DNA of 64,000 nt from the human T2T-CHM13v2.0 reference genome, Homo sapiens: assembly GCF_009914755.1 (NCBI RefSeq), contig NC_060928.1; one strand, given 5' to 3'. Positions 1 through 14,247 of this stretch are shown here, piece after piece. Position 1 is the stretch's first letter, and every line of letters begins with the position of its first letter. Below the pieces are notes generated by a model. That model worked only from the letters and a program-made list of their open reading frames with translations. It made no database searches and was not told the DNA's origin. A program made the position numbers and the translations under genes.

Positions 1-279
1 CTTTTAGGAATTTATACATGCAAGCATCCACTAGCAGGAAACTGTTTATGATACATTCACATCACAAAATATTAATTCCATGCAACGAGGAAAAGTTTTC
101 CACATATTGAAAACATGCAGTTGACTGAAAAAAAATGAGGTACAGAGCAGAGTGTGTGAAGTTTGCTATCTTTTGTAGAGAAAAGGAAAAATTAAGAACA
201 TGGATTCCTATTTGTATGTGTCTGCATGTTAAAAGACAACACATTAGGTATGCATAGTATGGTAGAACCTACTAAATGG

Positions 280-475
280 ATTACTTACTTACTTATGACT
301 CTGAAGCCAGATTGCCTAAGTCTACTTCTGCCACTTTCAAATTAAAACCTTTTCGAGCCTATTTTTAAAATGGGGAGTATAGAAATTCTTACCTCAGAGA
401 GTTGATACAAGATATAAATGAGTTAATATTTGCAAAGTACATAGGACTGTATTTGGACACTTAAGTATTATACAA
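280..475 (+). mobile_element. MIR SINE fragment
   Basis: Degenerate MIR core: gactctgaagccagattgcc ... aaaatggggagtatag ... acctcagagagttg ... aaatgagttaatatttgcaaagtac. Confidence 0.6.
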
Positions 476-1138
476 GTTTTTTTTTTTTAAGCAACAAACA
501 ACTAAATAAATAGAACCTGTAGGCATGGGTAAATATATGAATAGAAGTAAGGTTTGTCAAATTTACATTTTTCCATCTGTTTTAACTTCGCAAATGTATG
601 GTTCAAAAACAATACTAAAAGAATACATGTACTCAACACAACTGTCCCCACACCTATGTAATTTCAACACAGCCACTTTCCCAAACCCTAAAAGAGTTAT
701 CCCAAAGCACACTGTGTTCTTAGAAACCGGAACTGAATGTCATCTAGAGGAAGAAGGGGACATGAAAATATTCTTGGTTGCAGCCTCATCAGGATGCTTG
801 TCATTTATGTGAGTAACACAAAATCCTGAAAACTCCTATCAATACGATAATTTTGACATTAACGATTCATCCTACCTGGGAGTAAAATGCACTCAGTATA
901 CTGTTGCCTCTCTCAGAGAATGACATTTGAGACATTCCTGCCTTACAGAAAAGTTTAAAAATTTCTAATCAAGTTCACCAGGTTTTAATTAAGTATAAAA
1001 TTTTCCCTCTACAATATGTTTTTAAAACTTTCATTTTCATTCCCTCTCTGAGCCCTCAGTTTCTGCCACTTTGGTGCAGCTAAAGGTGGACTCTATCTTA
1101 CAAAACAGAGCCTACCATCTCTGATAAGCATATATTTC

Positions 1139-1452
<314 letters not shown>

Positions 1453-3167
1453 CCATATATTTCAATCCTATATTACAGTAGTTCTTTCCACTGTTTCTTG
1501 TTATGGAATTCATAAGCTGGTGACCTGCCCCTCAGGGAGGGTCTCCTCTCTCATCTATTTATTTCAGCTGGAAAATCACTCTCAGCAGATTCCTGAATTG
1601 AAGCTGCAACTGATGATCCTGAAGCCTGAGCCTCCAGGGGCCCAAAGAGAACTAATTCCTTTTCCATGTGCTCCTGTCTTTCATCATAAAATTGTACAGA
1701 CCTTGAATAGCATTTTTTTCTGCTACATATTTTTCTGCAACAATGAAACACACCTCTACTTTTTATTTTCTTCTATCCTTCTATCTTTCAGAAAGTTTTA
1801 ACTGTTCTTAGCTATGTAATCAACTTAGGAAGTTGAATTTCTAACTGGTTAACCTTTTTATTAATTTGGTCTCTTCTCCAACACACATAGCATTAATGCT
1901 GTTTGCTGGAAATGAATACTTGACTACCTTATTTTTTTTCTAAGCATTAGTTTTTTTCTAACATACTCCTCTAGTTCTTAAGTTCCAGAATCTTCTTCTC
2001 TATCAATAACAATGAAATCACTCAATTCTGAATTTACTAAAAGTATCTACCATTCAAACACATATTTTCCCCTCTTCCTCCCTGAGACAAATAGTTCCAT
2101 GCAGGAACTTTTCTCTCATTAGACCAACATCTAGTCTATTTAAGCCTGAATTTATCTTCTTGCCTGGCTCATTCCAATATGCCCCTCTTGCTTGAGCCTT
2201 GTCTTGCATCCTAATTTTTGGGCACAATCCTTCAAGGCACAAAATGTAACTATGTTCAAAATCTATAATGGCTATGTTACCTTGAAAACCACCTAATGAC
2301 ACTTTGTAAGTTCAACAGATTTCCCTAGTCTTAGTTCTGCCTTTAACGTCATCCCTTAACAGTGACTTCTTAACAGTTTCCTATTTCCTGACTCTCTTTC
2401 AAGGAGCCATTCCATTTGAGATCTTGCCTCTTTCTCTTTTTGATTAATTTGACTCAGGTCCTTATCTCAATCAAGTAACAACTAAACTCTTAAACTCTTC
2501 TTTTACCAATCCTATGACATACAACATTTAGATCCTCTTGAATCTCTATTTCCCTCTACTTGAACTTCAAATCTCATTTTCTATGTCATTTCTCTTAAGC
2601 TGGTGTCCTAATTTCCCAAATTTGCTCCTAAAAACTTTTCTTTTTCTCCAGCTCTAACTTATTTTATTCTTGCTTCCATTTTTCCATTGCTCTCTATTAA
2701 CAATGAAGCATAAATTTTAAACTACGCTAGCACCTAAAATCCTAAGCAAAAATGATTTTTAGAACCAGATATTCCAATCATGAGACTTTTTAATTGCTTT
2801 CTCAGTCACTGTTTTTGCAATAATTGTATTGAATGGTTTCTCATCCTCAATTTATGAAGATTTATGAAAATCTATATGGTCTTTACAAGAAGGGTTCCCA
2901 TTGCTTTTTAATTTAATATCCAACTCCGTAATTTGATATCCATATGCACCTCCTATGGGTGGAGTCACAGTGTGAATCTCAAAGATCAAAAGTTATGACC
3001 AGAGTACACAGAATTGTTAAATTCAAAGCCACTGTGAGATAAAAAAAAAAATAGGAACAACTATTAAATCGATGGCCAAGTCAGATAACTCCAAGACTTG
3101 TCACACCAAACTTCCATCTCTTGTCTCTGAAGAGAAGTCAAAACAATATAAAAGATCAGAATTTGAG

Positions 3168-3478
<311 letters not shown>

Positions 3479-4090
3479 AGAATTTGAGCAGACTATCTAT
3501 GCCCCCTATGTAGGCCTGGCACTAAACATTTCCTGCAAATACCACTGGCCATCCTAGAACCACTTTGAGATCTGTAAGGCTCGTACACAAAAAGACTATA
3601 ATCATACCCTTCTCTCAGTCAAGGCTACTTAGAAAAAACTGCCTCTACAGATTTCAAAGCCAAGCAGCAATAATCACGTGACCAACACCCGTTTAATAGG
3701 GATGCCTCAACACTCCTGGTCAGATTTTGTTTGCTGAGTCCCTCAAAGCTTATTGGCTTTTGCTCACAGCCCAAGGTATGCAAACCTGCTTATATACAAA
3801 CAGCTACTCTCCTGTGGGCAAAATTGCCACTACAGCTGAACATATATGATCGGTACCTAGACCAGTTCTGCCAGAGTGCAACACTTCCCACTTTAGCCAT
3901 GCCAGAAGATACAACTACACAAATCGCTCTGCAACATGCAATTCCTTTCCTTTTAATGTTCCTTTTACTCCCATCCTATGTCCTAGATGTCAGAGTGAGA
4001 GGAAGGTCCAAAATATAACGTCTTTCCATTCCCTCTGGGAGAAATGAAACAAAAAAGGAAAGTGGCAAAAAAAAAAAAAAAAAAAAATCT

Positions 4091-4390
<300 letters not shown>

Positions 4391-4490
4391 TTTCAAAATA
4401 TTTCCTGATAACTGTTAGAGCAATGAATGAAGACCATGTCTTATAACTGTCAGCTTACTGACAACGAACCCCAGAATGAGACAAACTTAC

Positions 4491-4580
4491 CAAGGACGTC
4501 ACAGGTAACAGGCAAAAAAAGACGGCGCAGAGGCAAATTCCGAACCTTTCCGTTTTACAGCCTGGAGGGGTCGGGTAAAA
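4491..4580 (-). other. COX7B2: Probable non-coding first exon of COX7B2 (5' end approximate)
   Basis: Strong minus-strand donor TTG|GTAAGT (intron starts 4490) at the edge of the only non-repeat CpG-containing patch in the window. COX7B2 is recalled to start ~10 kb downstream of GABRA4 on the same strand; no COX7B2 coding sequence is present here. Confidence 0.7.
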
Positions 4581-4680
4581 CAGGTACTTCCTGTGAGCAG
4601 TTTCCGCCTTAGGTGAAAGGAAGAGGCGGTCACATGAAGGACTGCGCGTTCCAAACTGACCAATCAGATAGATGATTGCT
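4494..4680 (-). promoter_or_regulatory. Small CpG-containing promoter with no obvious TATA box (COX7B2 candidate)
   Basis: CRE-like GTGACGTCC (4502-4494), ETS ACAGGAAGT (4594-4586), E2F-like TTTCCGCC (4601-4608), E-box GTCACATGA (4629-4637), NF-Y GACCAATCAG (4658-4667); local CpG excess in a very AT-rich background. Confidence 0.7.
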
Positions 4681-5231
4681 ATCTCCACGGGAGGAACTAA
4701 AAAGACAGCCATTAGGAGAGTTCTTCTAATATAAGTCCCTCTGTAATGAATCAAACAAAAGAATTGAGATGGGTGTTCCTACCTACCAACATAATTCCTA
4801 GTGACACCTGTTGGGATCTTTTCCTTCCATGTCGCAGCTATCTCTTGGCAAGCCCCCTGGCTCCGTGTTACTTCTTTATCCCACTTGGTGATTAGGAAAG
4901 TTTGAGATTGCCTGTAACCCAAAGCAAGTCATAAATCCCGTGTAGCCCATCTGATCTCTCCTAAGCATACTAGGATGCTAATTATGATGACCACATAATA
5001 TTTTGCCCAAACTGAGACCCTTGAGAGTGAAAGAGGGCAATGTAATTAATTAAAATTATACGTTTTCTTATTTTTTGAGATTTTGAGACTTTATATTGGT
5101 GGGCCAATAAAGTGCAATTCAAAATTCATTTTGGAAAGGAAATTAGTTCTAAAAATTAAAATGATATAATTACATATTAAAGCCAAAACTTTTTGTAAAG
5201 TCTGTATTGATAATATGAACATAATAAAATG

Positions 5232-5496
5232 GCACTTTGGGAGGCCAAGGCAGGTGGATCACCTGAGGTCAGCAGTTTGAGATCAGCCTGGCCAACGTGG
5301 TGAAACCCTGTCTCTACTAAAAATACAAAAATTAGCTGGGCGTGGGGTCGGATGCCTGTAATCCCAACTACTTCTGGAGGCTGAGGCAGGACAATGGCTT
5401 GAATCACAGTGGCGGAGGTTGCAGTGAGCCGAGATCGAGCCGTTGCACTCCAGCTGGGCAACAAGAGTGAAACTCCATCTCAAAATATATATATGT
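5232..5496 (+). mobile_element. AluS (Sq-like), 5'-truncated
   Basis: Starts at GCACTTTGGGAGG; AACAAGAGTGAAACTCC 3' end; tail decayed to (TA)n; TSD ATAATAAAATG at 5221-5231 and 5497-5507. Confidence 0.9.
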
Positions 5497-5919
5497 ATAA
5501 TAAAATGATCATTCTTGCTGTATGCTGATGTATTTTAATTAGTGTTTTGGTCTATAAGACTGGGTCACTGATATTTTCTAAAGAATATATTTTAATATGG
5601 TATTATTACTTGTCAACTTTTTAAATCGCCTATACTCTTCTAAAACATGTACTTTATGGGTGATATATGTCAAATTGTTGACATCTTCACTTAACTGTTC
5701 ACCATGTATTATAGTATTTTAAATTGAGAAAATAAGCTCATAGAAATTCTGCTAAACAGAAAGTACCCTTTCTATTTTTTTCATTTTGAAATATGTAATT
5801 TTTTCAGTCCAAATATTTTCGCAAGTACCTTCTTCTGGCCTGTAAGGTAACCTATCTTCAGCACATATTTGTATGAGACAAATTTCATTAATTTTGTTGT
5901 TATTTATATTCTTTTGAGG

Positions 5920-6222
5920 TTTTTTTGTTTTTTTGTTTTTGATGGAGTCTTGTTCTGTCTCCCAGGCTGGAGTGCAGTGGCACCCTCTTGGCTCACTGCA
6001 ACCTCTGCCTTCCCGGGTTCACGCGATTCTCCTGCCTCAGCCTCCTGAGTAGATGGGATTACAGGTGCACACCACCACACCCAGCTAATTTTTTGTGTAT
6101 TTTTAATAAAGACAGGGTTTCACTATGTTGGCCAGACTGGTCTCGAACTCCTGACCTCGTGATCCGCCCACCTCGGCCTCCCAAAGTGCTGGGATTACAG
6201 GCATGAGCCACGGCGCCCGGCC
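5920..6222 (-). mobile_element. AluS (Sg-like) full-length SINE
   Basis: Complete dimer; flanked by near-identical TCTTTTGA(A)GGTTT target duplication. Confidence 0.9.
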
Positions 6223-7228
6223 TCTTTTGAAGGTTTAACAAATTTAGATCCTGCAAATTGGAAAGCCTTTTAAATTTTATGTCTCTAAAAATGTGAATTT
6301 ATACTACTTATAGTAGAAATCCCATGAAAAAAATTATATAAATTTAAAATATTCCAAAGCACAATTATAGAATGTGAAAGTTAAATATTATATAAGATTT
6401 AAGATCCAATTAAATTTGTTCATATTATCCCTTGGTTTTGAATGAGTATTTTAAATATTTTCCTGTGTCATGGGCTTTGTTTTTAATAACTACAGTCTGC
6501 TACATTTTCAAAACCCGTATTTTATTGGCAAAACAATTGAATTCTTTGAAAATTTTCAAATGATTTTAACACAATTCAACAAATTTTTTCTGTCATTAAA
6601 AGTTTACTATTTTTGTAGATAATTTAAGTTTATTTACAAAGATTTTTTTTAAGGATCAAATATTTTTAAAGTCCTGTTTGGAAGCAACAAAGAAACGAAA
6701 CGTGCTATTATGTTTAAGTCTACTTTTTTGTTTGTTTTACTCAATTCCAGTTTTATCACAAAAAAAATTGATCATCTAATTATTACATATAACTCTATTT
6801 GTGAATTTTAACAATTACAGCTTATATTTCAATTGCAGTTTAGATGCATTAATTAATTGTGTGCATAACACAGCCCATTCCAAGAATATAATTATCCCAT
6901 AGGTTTCTCAATTTACTATGAATATTTATTTTCTCCTAGGACCTTGTGTTCTTCCCAATTCAAGTTCATATTCTACAGTAATAATTTATTTTTAAAATTG
7001 CTTGAACTGCATATAAAATCACATTCCCAATAACAGCTGATGTTTTCCTCTTTTGAAGAATGAATTTTCCAATTTTTAATTTGACTGCATAAATTAAAGT
7101 AAGTTTTAGGAAATAATAAAATATATATTTACAATATAGTTTTTCTAACTTTCCTGTGCTGCTAGTGTCCCAGACCACCATCCTTTATTAGTAAGTATCC
7201 TTAATGATGTATTTAATAGAATGGTGGT

Positions 7229-7599
7229 TGTATTAGTCCATTTTCATGCTGCTGATAAAGACATACCCCAGACAGGATGATTTATAAAGGAAAGAGGTTT
7301 AATTGACTCACAGTTCCACATGGCTGTAGAGGCATCACAATCATGGTAGAAGATGAAGGAAGAGCAAAGGGATGTCTTACATGGCAGCCAGCAAAAAGAG
7401 AATGAGAGCCAAGTGAAAGGGGTTGCCCTTATAAAAACATCAGATTTCGTGAGACTTATTCACTACCACAAGAACAATATGGGGGAAACTGCCCCCATGA
7501 TTAAATCGTCTCTCACTGGGTCCCTCCCACAACACGTGGGAATTATGGGAGCTATTATTAAAGATGAGATTTGGGTGGGGACACAGCCAAACTATATCA
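7229..7599 (-). mobile_element. THE1 (C/D-like) ERVL-MaLR solo LTR
   Basis: TG...CA termini (tgtattagtcc ... gccaaactatatca), THE1 body, perfect 5-bp TSD GTGGT at 7224-7228 and 7600-7604. Confidence 0.9.
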
Positions 7600-9384
7600 G
7601 TGGTGAGTAAGGTTTGGTCTGGAAATGTCAGATAAACAGAAACAGGCTATTGCTAGTTGTCTGTCAGGTTTGTCCATGTGTTAAAGGCATAATATTGTTT
7701 ACTGCACACATTTCACATTTTTAAAATGAGATGATTGCAGAAACTAGAAGTAAAAAGTCAAGATCTAACAAATCCACACTGACTTATTTTAATGCAAACA
7801 TAAATAGTAATTTTTCAACAAAAGTAAAACATCTGGGATAAATACCGTGTTGAACAAGATGTCAAGATGTAAAAGAAGTATGTTTCTGTGAGCCTGATGC
7901 CTTCAGAACTTGCCAGATGAAGAACACATATAAGTCTCCTATGGCAAGATCTTCTCTCCCTAACTTCTCTCAAAACACAAAGTTTGTTTACTTTCCCATC
8001 TCCTGCCCCTTCCCAGGTCTTAATCTTAGAAGTGAGAAGAGGCACAATGTGCTCACCTCTTCTTTTCACATAAGTCTCATCTATCTCCAAAACACCAACC
8101 ATCCCACCTTTGTTCTCAGTCTAGATCCCCTCATAAATCCAATTTGAGGGAGAGGAGTGATTGGAACTCTCTAAAGCAGATTTGGCCAACTGTCAGGTTA
8201 GCTTTTTTTTTTTTTTTGTAATGGAATATGAGGAGAAATTAGAGGGCCAGGAGGAAAACAGGAAGGATAAGGAGATGAGTGGTGTACGGCATAGGTCTCA
8301 GGAAAACGTGCATAGAGACATTTGGGGGCAAGGATATGGAAGTAAATGTGGAATCTGGGGAAAAAAGATGAGAGATAAAAGGAGTTTTTCAAAAGTGTTC
8401 ATTTGTGTTATATGTACACTTCATGATGTTTAAGGAATCCAAGGAAATAAATTTCCTTTTAATTTTTATCACCGTGCTGTTATTCTTTGACTACCATACT
8501 GTAATTCTATGATTTCAATAAGATAAAAAAGAGAACAACCAATGGAATTTAGAAAAAAAATTCATAAAATAATGTCTTGATCAAGAAAATTCAAATCTAA
8601 ACTAATAATTTAGCTATACTAGCACTTGTAAAATGTATTTTATCTGTGACACCAGACTGCACAGCCCTGCAGCCTGACCACATGACTTTATGAAAGGCTC
8701 TATTTCAAGCTTTCTGGAAAGTTTTTGTTTTTTAAACTAATGGTTTGCAAGTTATTTGACAGAAGTGACATCTCTATTTAGATTATATGAGCTGCTTATT
8801 TGCATAGACCATCCAACTTTGTGAAATTTGAACCTCAAAAACTAATTTCAAATTTGCCTAGTTTCAAAATGCCACTTAATGGCTTAGTTACTGCCCACTC
8901 TCAGATCTGGAGTTAATCAACTAATTAAAGGGACAGTTAAGGGAATGGCATAATATGAGCAGGAAGGATACAGCTTCAGTGGTACAGTCCCAAAGGTCAG
9001 AGTCTCTTTGATTTATTAAATTGTACGGTGATTTTTAGTGAAGGTTTAGAAAGAAGCCCCTCTACTCTGGTAATTCTTTTTACTAGAACCTGAATGACCT
9101 CTAATTTTAACACCCTGCCTAGAAAAACATCTATGACCCAGTTCTCTCACAGTCTTGTTTCATGTGTTATAAATGTAGAGATATGTATCCTCTATGGATT
9201 TCATCGAAAAATAAATAGTTCTTCCTCTAAATTATCTTATCTGGATTAGTGTTTGACTATTAGTTAGTGGCAGCATACACAAAAATATACCAAATAATAC
9301 AGGTCGAAGGGAAATGATAGCTTGGGTTATTTTTCATAGGCCACAATTATGTACTAACTATAAGGCAAATTATTCGATCACATG

Positions 9385-9676
<292 letters not shown>

Positions 9677-9829
9677 TCTCAATCATATTTTTGACACTTC
9701 AATGTAGAGGATCTAGGGCCAAGGCATCTAAATTTCACAGTTTTTCAACTGCCAAGCAGGTGTGAAATGATGACATTCACTAAATAGACTACTGGATAGT
9801 GTCAATATATATGACAATTAAAGATGGCC

Positions 9830-10332
9830 CCAATACTTTGACTCTCTTCCATAGAGAGGCAAGGCCTATGTCCCCTTGTCCTGAATTGAAGTGGATGCTG
9901 TATCTACTTTGACTAATAGAATATGGCGGAAGTAACAGTATGCTACTTTGTATGCTGGGCAGCAGTGGATTTGCTCTTTCCACTTCCTGTCACTTAGAAT
10001 GCCTACTCTGGGGGAAACCAGTTGCCACATAAGAAGTGTGACTTCTGACACTGCCATGCTATGAGAAAGCTCAATGTAGCCATTTGCAGAGAAAGATCCT
10101 CAAACAAAAACTACTGTTGTACTTCTCTCAGCCCAGGCATCAGGCCTGTGAGTGAGAAAAGCACTGTGACTCCATTTTTGGCAATATTTCACTACAACTT
10201 CATAAGAAATCCCAAGTGAGAATCACCCAGGTAAGCCCACAGAAAAATGAATAAGAAAATCCAAAACAATGCTTTTTTTTTTTAACCAAATTTCAAGGAA
10301 CTTTGTTAAGAAGCAATGGACAACTGCAATAA
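9830..10332 (+). mobile_element. MLT1-family MaLR LTR (old)
   Basis: actttgactaatagaatatggcggaagt ... ccagttgccacataagaagt ... ctgccatgctatgagaaagc ... ttgttaagaagcaatggacaac motifs typical of MLT1H/J-type LTRs. Confidence 0.65.
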
Positions 10333-10350
10333 CACTCAATATTTACTAAG

Positions 10351-10642
10351 GGCCAGGCACAGTGGCTCACACCTATAATCCCAGCACATTAGGAGGCCAA
10401 GGCAGGCAGATTACCTGAGGTCGGGAGTTTGAGACTTAGCCTGGCCAACATTGTGAAACCCCATCTCTACTAAAAATACAAAAATTAGCCAGACGTGATG
10501 CTGCATGCCTGTAGCCCCAGCTACTCAGGAGGCTGAGGCAGGAGACTCGCTTAAACCCAGAATGTGGAGGTTGTAATGAGCCAAGATTACACCACTGTAC
10601 TCCACCCTGGGCGACAGAGCAAGAATCCATCTCAAAAAAAAA
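10351..10642 (+). mobile_element. AluS full-length SINE
   Basis: ggccaggcacagtggctcac start, dimer and A tail; degraded TSD aatatttactaag / aatatatattaag. Confidence 0.9.
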
Positions 10643-13193
10643 ATATATATTAAGCATTTAACTTTCTGTAAGACACTTTCGAGACATGTTCAACTTATTT
10701 AAACATCAAAAACATTCTTGACTAATTACATCTGACTCCCTCTTCAGTTGCTCTAAACATCAGAATTATGATTATAGATCCATTGTAGTATCTTTAGTTC
10801 AGAGCATTACAAATGGTTGTTTTAGTCATAGTACACAATCTTAAACTGAAACTGTGTGAAGTAATTTGTCTAGCCCATTTCTTAAAAATAGTTATCAAAA
10901 CTATTTTTATATTATCAAAAACACATAAATAAAGTGAAAATTATTGTTGGCATGCTGTAATAGGTCAGTTCTGACATTAAAATATCAACATTTTATTGAT
11001 AAAATATGCAAGGTGACATTAGTGAGGCGATTAGATTTTAACTAGTCAACTAAACTTACAATTCAAATTAGCCAATAAACTAAACCTACAAATTGCAAAG
11101 TGCTATGCTAGGACCCTCATTCTGTCATCAGACCAATGAGTATATTGATTTTTATCTTGTTAGACTTACAGGATAAAACTGTGAACTTGTGATCAGAGGG
11201 TATTCATCATTTATCAAAATATAATTGCTTTACAGATTAAAAAATTGTACCAAATAATCACAAAGTAGATACGGAGAACATAGGAAAATGCCAGGAATTA
11301 ATTACACTAAGGAGAATTTAGAGGTGGCCTCAGCAGGCAAGATGGCCAGTGCTGTGATTTACAGGTTGCCAGCAAGACAAGAGCAGGAAAGAGGCAGTCC
11401 AGGCGAAGGATTTAGCTTGAGAAAACATCAAGGTATGTCCATACAGGATATGTTTAGAGAATTTCATGCAGTCCTGGGTGACTAGGTCATAGAATAGGTG
11501 GAGGCAAAGGATAAAGGTGATTGTGTTGGGCCCTAAATGTCATGTCATGGTAAAGAATTTATATTTTATCCCCCGAAACAAATACAGACTGCGGCAAATG
11601 TGAAATGAACAGAAATGAACTTTAAAAATATTTGGCATCAGAGTGTAGAATGGGTGAATCTGGAAAGACAAGATCAAGAAGCCTGCAATAAGGCCATCAC
11701 TTGAGCAGAAATGCAAAGAGTAATTGTCTAATGGAAAATAAATTACATATCACTCAACCTTTATGATGAATGCCAGCATTTTAGATCTGCTCTTGGAGAG
11801 ATATTTGAATAATTCAGTTAGCACAGTCTCTAAAGGGCATTTTCAATTCTATGTATGGTTTATTCTTCGCATGGCCAGAAGGTATAATTCTATTTACAAT
11901 GTAATCTTTTCCAAAATAAACAGCAATAGCTTCCCCCAACCCCTGACATTTGCTTTTTTGTGCTAAAATAAGCATTAGACCTAGTCTTACTTATGAGTGA
12001 AAAATAGATTGTTCTCATTTATAGAGGAGTATTATTTATTATATGATGTAGTGTTTAGAGAACTATGCACTTGAAAATACTCAAAAATAGAAATATGCCC
12101 TCATCTTTTCCATTTTCCATTTTCCATGCAGAAGAGAGGGGGATTTTTGTTCTCTTCTCTCTGTGGCCCTGCTAGAAACACTACAAACTATGAGGGAAGG
12201 AGTTTTGGTACCAAACAGTATTACATTTACACCAAGTTAAGAGTAGGCAAAATGCAGGAAACTAAAGTCATGGAAAAAATGGAAATGCTATCAGTATGTC
12301 AGAGTAACATATCAATTGAGGTATATCCCTCTGCTCAGCATACACATGTATCAGTATGTTCAGTTTTCAACTGATAAATGTACATGGGGCATCTTGACAA
12401 TAATATTATTACACAAGCAGAAATATGGGCCTTAAAAAATGACGCCACTGATTAGCATTTATCTTAATGCTAATGATACAGATTCATGAATCCATTTGCC
12501 TAGAATGCTCGGTTGATGAATGTTACCCTGAAGAGTTTTCAAAGGTGAGCATAATCCAAACTAATCTTAAATAGATGACGTTATTTTACGTTTTTCAGAA
12601 CAAAATGAGAGGGATAGCATTTAACAATTCACATGATGAATGCATAGTTGACATCAGCAAAACATGCTGGAATAACATAGCAGGAATTCATATAATTTTT
12701 CTTGTAAAAGAGAGTAATTCTCAAAATGCACAGAGGATAATAATGCAGATTAGGTAACATTGTAAACAAGTAGACAATTACTGAACCACCCGAGAGTTTA
12801 TTTTCATAACCAAGAGACCAGCATTGAGCTTCGGCTTCCAATTAATCAGAAAGAAAATTGACCTTGGACAACTACACTTCTCCAGAAAATGAGCTATATA
12901 GAAATTCTTCATCAAAGATTAAAACAAATGAAACTAGTATAATGTATGCCATTGATTTAATCCAGTTTTAAAAGTTATCATACCTCCAAGTATTCCATTA
13001 ATTTATTTCCCCTACATCTCTATTTATGCTTGTGTTTGTGGAAAATTTTGTTTCTTTGATTTTGACTTCCACCTTCTTCTATATTGACTATAATTCTGTC
13101 TTATCAACATTGAATATAAGAGGCAAGCACGTTCTAAATAGTATTCAACTCAACTGGAAACAGAATCTGGCAATCAATGAGAGTTTCAGAAAC

Positions 13194-13260
13194 GTGTGTG
13201 TCTGTGTGTGTGTGTATGTACAGTCATACATATATATGTGTGTATAAATATTGTGTATAT
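13194..13260. repeat. Compound (TG)n/(TA)n microsatellite
   Basis: gtgtgtgtctgtgtgtgtgtgtatgtac...atatatatgtgtgtata. Confidence 0.8.
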
Positions 13261-14189
13261 AAAAACACACACAAATTTATATAACACAAATCACTACACA
13301 ATAAATAAAAAGAGCTGTACATTTTAAATATTACATTTTAAATATAATTTTTCTTACTAGAGTATAAAATCATATTTAAGTGACCAAGTACCATAAATTT
13401 GAAGTGGACTTAGCCCAAATAATATGTCATACAACAAGTGAACAAAAGAAGAATTCTGTGTGTATTATGTGTTTTGTTAGTCTGTGTTCATATAGGAATA
13501 TGTTGTGTGTGTGTTGTGAACATCTGTGGTCAACTTTTTCCTCTCAGGAACATTCTCTTCTTTAAAAGCTATAATCAAAAACCTACATTTTTTTCTTCAA
13601 GAAAGAGGTGATTTGGAATACTACATTTAGAATGTTTCATAGTACATTATATGATGTAAAAAAACTTTATAAAAGACAGTCACAGTATTCAAAGTGTTTT
13701 ATTTCATCAAACTAATTACAGTTAATAATCTAAGCTAAATATTAAAATTTATAAACTCACATGTTTTTATTAAATGTTAATCCTATTCAGTTTCTCAGAC
13801 ATTTACTTTGGTCTTCCAAGTTAGGATTAAGTCATAGATTGATTGCTGTATTTTATTAATTTTAGCTCTCTTCCTTGGGTTGAATCTTTAAAAAATACAC
13901 AGAAATACACACATTTGAACCCCATTAGTGAACCAAAACCACATAGTGAAAAGTTTCTATTATGCCACATCAGATATTACAGGTCCTGTAACTTTTCTTC
14001 ATCCATGTAACCTACAAAGAATTTTTCAAACTATTAAAACTTGGCAAAATTCCAATCTTGATGGTGGTATTGGTCATACAGAGAATTAGATGTTAAGTAA
14101 AAACCAGGAACATTCATGATAGCAGTGGGGATTCCAAAGAACTATGAAGTAAGACACAATGCTGTGACCAGTTTCAAGGAAGGATATTT

Positions 14190-14247
14190 ATAGACAGAAA
14201 AAACAATACACAAACCAAAAAATATTCCAAAGATATTTATGTTTATT
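14190..14247 (-). terminator. Distal polyadenylation signal of GABRA4 (AATAAA plus GU/U-rich downstream element)
   Basis: Plus-strand TTTATT at 14242-14247; the minus strand then reads ...ttggaatatt ttttggtttgtgtattgttttttctgtc, a typical CstF-type element. Confidence 0.65.

Larger units (their letters stand above)
4984..7100. mobile_element. Probable decayed hAT (BLACKJACK-like) DNA transposon interrupted by two Alus; right boundary uncertain
   Basis: 4984-5060 (tgaccacataatattttgcccaaactgagacccttgagagtgaaagagggc...) resembles the BLACKJACK/MER94 terminus as I recall it; followed by AT-rich sequence of the kind seen in decayed transposase regions. Confidence 0.4.

Noticed and set aside
4504-4590. 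Plus-strand GT...AG pattern (cag|gtaaca ... ttttacag|) suggesting an antisense micro-intron
   Set aside because: Only ~56 nt, below the usual human intron minimum, with no supporting exon structure.
4427-4754. ORFs 4427..4612 (+) and 4455..4754 (-) over the promoter
   Set aside because: No similarity to COX7B-family or any protein I recognise; explained by locally higher GC.
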